Below, piece by piece: positions 23,605 to 26,205 of a stretch of DNA of 26,205 bases; position 1 is the first letter of the stretch, and each line of letters begins with the position of its first letter. A program made the translations under genes and the position numbers. Below the pieces are notes generated by a model. That model saw only the letters and a list, made by a program, of their open reading frames with translations, made no database searches and was not told where the DNA came from. This DNA comes from Chlorobiota bacterium (GTDB lineage: Bacteria; Bacteroidota; Ignavibacteria; Kapaibacteriales; NICIL-2): the NCBI GenBank assembly GCA_037440485.1, contig JBBIUD010000001.1, forward strand, positions 1 through 26,205. The letters run 5' to 3'.

Positions 23605-23970
23605 ATGGAACAGCATGTTCTGACAGATCGCTTTATTGTCATCGGTGATCGTTTGCTGATTCGACCGCTACGCGCTGACATGCAAACGCCGAGCGGTCTT
23701 TATCTACCGCCAACGGTGCAGGAGAACCAAAAAACACAAAGCGGCTATGTGATCAAGGTTGGACCCGGATATCCAATACCAACGACTGCAGACACCGATG
23801 AGCCATGGAAAGAACCCACCGAACGCGTTCGGTACATACCACTTCAGGCACAGGTTGGAGACCTGGCAATTTATCTCCAGCGAGAAGCCGTCGAAATTGA
23901 GTACGAGGGTGAGCGGTATGTCATCGTACCACAGTCAGCAGTATTGCTGTTGATCCGGGAAGAATTTTAG
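23605..23970 (+). CDS. GroES (chaperonin 10) family protein, orphan paralog
   Basis: IGDRLLIRP...TPSGLYLP...GYVIKVGPG...PLQAQVGD...EIEYEGERYVIVPQSAVL follows the GroES fold pattern. No groEL is adjacent. Start set at ATG 23605. Confidence 0.85.
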   Translation: MEQHVLTDRFIVIGDRLLIRPLRADMQTPSGLYLPPTVQENQKTQSGYVIKVGPGYPIPTTADTDEPWKEPTERVRYIPLQAQVGDLAIYLQREAVEIEYEGERYVIVPQSAVLLLIREEF

Positions 23971-23976
23971 TTTGGA

Positions 23977-24870
23977 TCAGGAAGCGTCACTGGTGATACC
24001 AAATTGCTGCAGTAATCGCACGATGGCATCTTTGCTCTGCTGTTGAAGCGGTGCCAGCGGTAAGCGATACACTTCTTCGATCATGCCCATGTGGGCAAGG
24101 ATGAACTTAACCGGTATGGGATTTGATTCGATAAAGTTTGCCTGCATCAATGGGAGAAGGTCGAGTAGTACGGCACGCGCCGTTGCGAAGTCTCCCTTCA
24201 ATGCTGCACGGACACCATCGCCAAATCGCCGCGGTAGATAATTCGAAATGACCGATACTACTCCACGTGCTCCACATGCAATAGCCGGCAGTGTGAGCGA
24301 ATCGTCTCCGCTGTAGAGTACAAAATGCGATGGAGCCTCGCGGATGATTGCTTGAATCTGCTCAAGATTACCGGATGCTTCCTTTGTACCAATGATACGC
24401 TCCGACAGCACTGCAACCTCAATCTGTGTCTGCGGCAGCATGTTGACGCCTGTTCGACCCGGCACGTTGTAGAGGATGATGCGCGCATCGGTTTCGCGAA
24501 TCAATGCTCGATAGTGTTCGAGCAGACCCCGTTGTGTCGGCTTGTTATAGTACGGTGTAACAACCAGCACAGCGTCGGCACCGAGTTCAACTGCGCGGTT
24601 CGTTAGTTCAATAGTTGTGCGCGTGTCGTTTGTGCCAGTTCCAGCGATTACAGGCACTCGTTTCTGCGCCGCAGCAATGGTGAGTTCAATTACCGATAGT
24701 CGTTCGCTCATGCTCAATGTTGCAGATTCTCCGGTGGAGCCGCACGGCACGAGTGCTTCGATTCCATTGGCGATTTGAAATTCAACCAAGCGTTCGAGTG
24801 CAGCGGCGTCAATGCTTCCATCACTGCAAAATGGTGTGACTAATGCGGTAGCGGTTCCTTGAAAGAGCAT
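23977..24870 (-). CDS. dapA: 4-hydroxy-tetrahydrodipicolinate synthase
   Basis: TALVTPF, CGSTGESATL, TPYYNKPTQRGL, YNVPGRTG, catalytic Lys in GTKEASG, SGDD and SNPIPVK. Confidence 0.96.
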   Translation of the reverse strand: MLFQGTATALVTPFCSDGSIDAAALERLVEFQIANGIEALVPCGSTGESATLSMSERLSVIELTIAAAQKRVPVIAGTGTNDTRTTIELTNRAVELGADAVLVVTPYYNKPTQRGLLEHYRALIRETDARIILYNVPGRTGVNMLPQTQIEVAVLSERIIGTKEASGNLEQIQAIIREAPSHFVLYSGDDSLTLPAIACGARGVVSVISNYLPRRFGDGVRAALKGDFATARAVLLDLLPLMQANFIESNPIPVKFILAHMGMIEEVYRLPLAPLQQQSKDAIVRLLQQFGITSDAS

Positions 24871-24896
24871 GGGTGTTCGAGTGTGGGTGGTACTAA

Positions 24897-26204
24897 CTAT
24901 TGTGTTCGATTCAGCAACTTGATGCGAAGTTTATTCATGTCCACAATCTGCCGCAGCAGCTCAAGATTGTTTGGTTGTTGCTCGAGTTGCTGTTGTAATT
25001 CAGCGATACGCTCATCAATCTGGCGCACGTCGAGTTTTCCGACAGCATCATCGAGAAGCTGGAGGAAGTAGGTTTCGGAGTCGAGTTCAACACCAAATTT
25101 TGACCACCGCGGGCTTGGCAATTCACACGTAAAGGCAAGCCATTCCGCTAACGATCGAATATTCTCAGGCAAATGCAGTTCTGGTAGTGCTCTGCCAGGT
25201 GCACGATCACTCGAATCAGTTTTGATGAACGTTGACAGCGCGTGCATAAGCTCTCGTGCTTCTGGAGTCGGCAGCGTTGCAGGATCGAAAAGGTAGTCGT
25301 CGAACAAAGTGTGTGCAGCTTTGCGCGAAAACAACACCGCCTGTAGCAATGCAATTTCTTCCGAACGGAGAAATACAGGCGACGCTGGTAATGTGATCGG
25401 CTCGGTTGCTATGCGAATAGTGCGGTGTCGTGGGCGTTGCGTTTGTGGTGGTGGTGGAGTCGTGCTGGAACGCGCCAGTAATTCGGCATGAATTCCAACA
25501 CGATCGGAAAGTTCTCTGAGCAAAAGCTCACGATAAATGCCATCCGGTACTGACAGCACTGTGTCAGCTAATGCGCGAATCTGTGTTCGGGCTGTGTGGG
25601 GATTGGTCCAATCGTGCGAACGCTTGCTCCACGTCACCATGAATTCAACCGCCGACAGATGCTTAGCTAATTGCTGTCGAGCTATCTCAGCACCGCGCCG
25701 ACGCACCAGGCTATCGGGGTCTTCTCCCTCCGGTAGGATCACGATTTCAACAGCCATGCCGCTGCGCAGTGTCAAGGAAAGAGCACGATAGGCAGCGTTC
25801 CAGCCAGCGGTGTCTCCATCAAATACAAGGACCACGCGATCGGTAAGACGATGGAGTACCTCCAGATGACGTTCTGTGAGTGCTGTTCCACATGTCGCCA
25901 CGCAATGCTCGATTCCAACCGAGTGCAGCGCAATGGCATCCATGTAGCCTTCGACGATGAAGACATAATGTTGCCGAACAATAGCATGGCGAGCAAAATT
26001 GAGTGCGTAGAGAGTAGCGCTTTTATCGTAGAGCGGTGTCTGAGGTGAGTTGATGTACTTTGGCTCGTCGTTACTATCGGTAAGCGCTCTACCGGCGAAT
26101 CCAATGACATCACCTGCGATGTTCCAGATGGGAAACATCACTCTGTTCCGAAAGCGATCGTAGGGGCGGCTTTCCTCACGGGTGATGATAAGCCCTGCCT
26201 CGCT
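24897..26204 (-). CDS. dnaG: DNA primase (5' truncated by window edge)
   Basis: Frame stays open to the edge and reads YDRFRNRVMFPI, then GFAGR, PKYINSPQTPLYDKS, Toprim VEGYMD, CGTALT, FDGDTAG and EDPD. Confidence 0.96.
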   Translation of the reverse strand, partial: SEAGLIITREESRPYDRFRNRVMFPIWNIAGDVIGFAGRALTDSNDEPKYINSPQTPLYDKSATLYALNFARHAIVRQHYVFIVEGYMDAIALHSVGIEHCVATCGTALTERHLEVLHRLTDRVVLVFDGDTAGWNAAYRALSLTLRSGMAVEIVILPEGEDPDSLVRRRGAEIARQQLAKHLSAVEFMVTWSKRSHDWTNPHTARTQIRALADTVLSVPDGIYRELLLRELSDRVGIHAELLARSSTTPPPPQTQRPRHRTIRIATEPITLPASPVFLRSEEIALLQAVLFSRKAAHTLFDDYLFDPATLPTPEARELMHALSTFIKTDSSDRAPGRALPELHLPENIRSLAEWLAFTCELPSPRWSKFGVELDSETYFLQLLDDAVGKLDVRQIDERIAELQQQLEQQPNNLELLRQIVDMNKLRIKLLNRTQ

Positions 26205-26205
26205 C

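Overview
A gene-dense chromosomal window made up mostly of housekeeping genes. No CRISPR array, transposase, integrase or prophage gene was seen. Gene content (GWxTD protein, DUF3098-like protein, orphan GroES-like protein, pheT-coiled coil-zapA-6S-rny block) plus repeated TAnnTTTG promoter boxes suggests a Bacteroidota/Chlorobiota-related organism that also carries flagellar regulators, such as a Kapabacteria- or Ignavibacteria-like lineage. This placement is inference only. Order: GWxTD (5' partial), lipid A-type acyltransferase, SDR, tRNA-fMet(-), pheT, long coiled-coil protein, zapA, 6S RNA, rny, fliA(-), membrane protein(-), flhF(-), rsmI, DUF3098-like(-), OppA-like lipoprotein, AlbA_2/Schlafen-wHTH protein, recQ, rimM(-), gmhA, unexplained structured element, tRNA-Thr, TPR protein, feoA, feoB, GroES-like protein, dapA(-), dnaG(-, 5' partial). 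The best leads are: (i) a ~130-nt multibranched RNA-like element with its own promoter box between gmhA and tRNA-Thr; (ii) an isolated flhF-membrane protein-fliA cassette with no flhG, a broken FlhF G3 motif and a sigma54-like promoter; (iii) a ~137-aa His/Arg-rich tail on RsmI; (iv) a Schlafen-like gene coupled to an unusual RecQ; (v) an orphan GroES with an enlarged roof loop. All calls were made by eye from motifs and base pairing. No database search or folding program was run.
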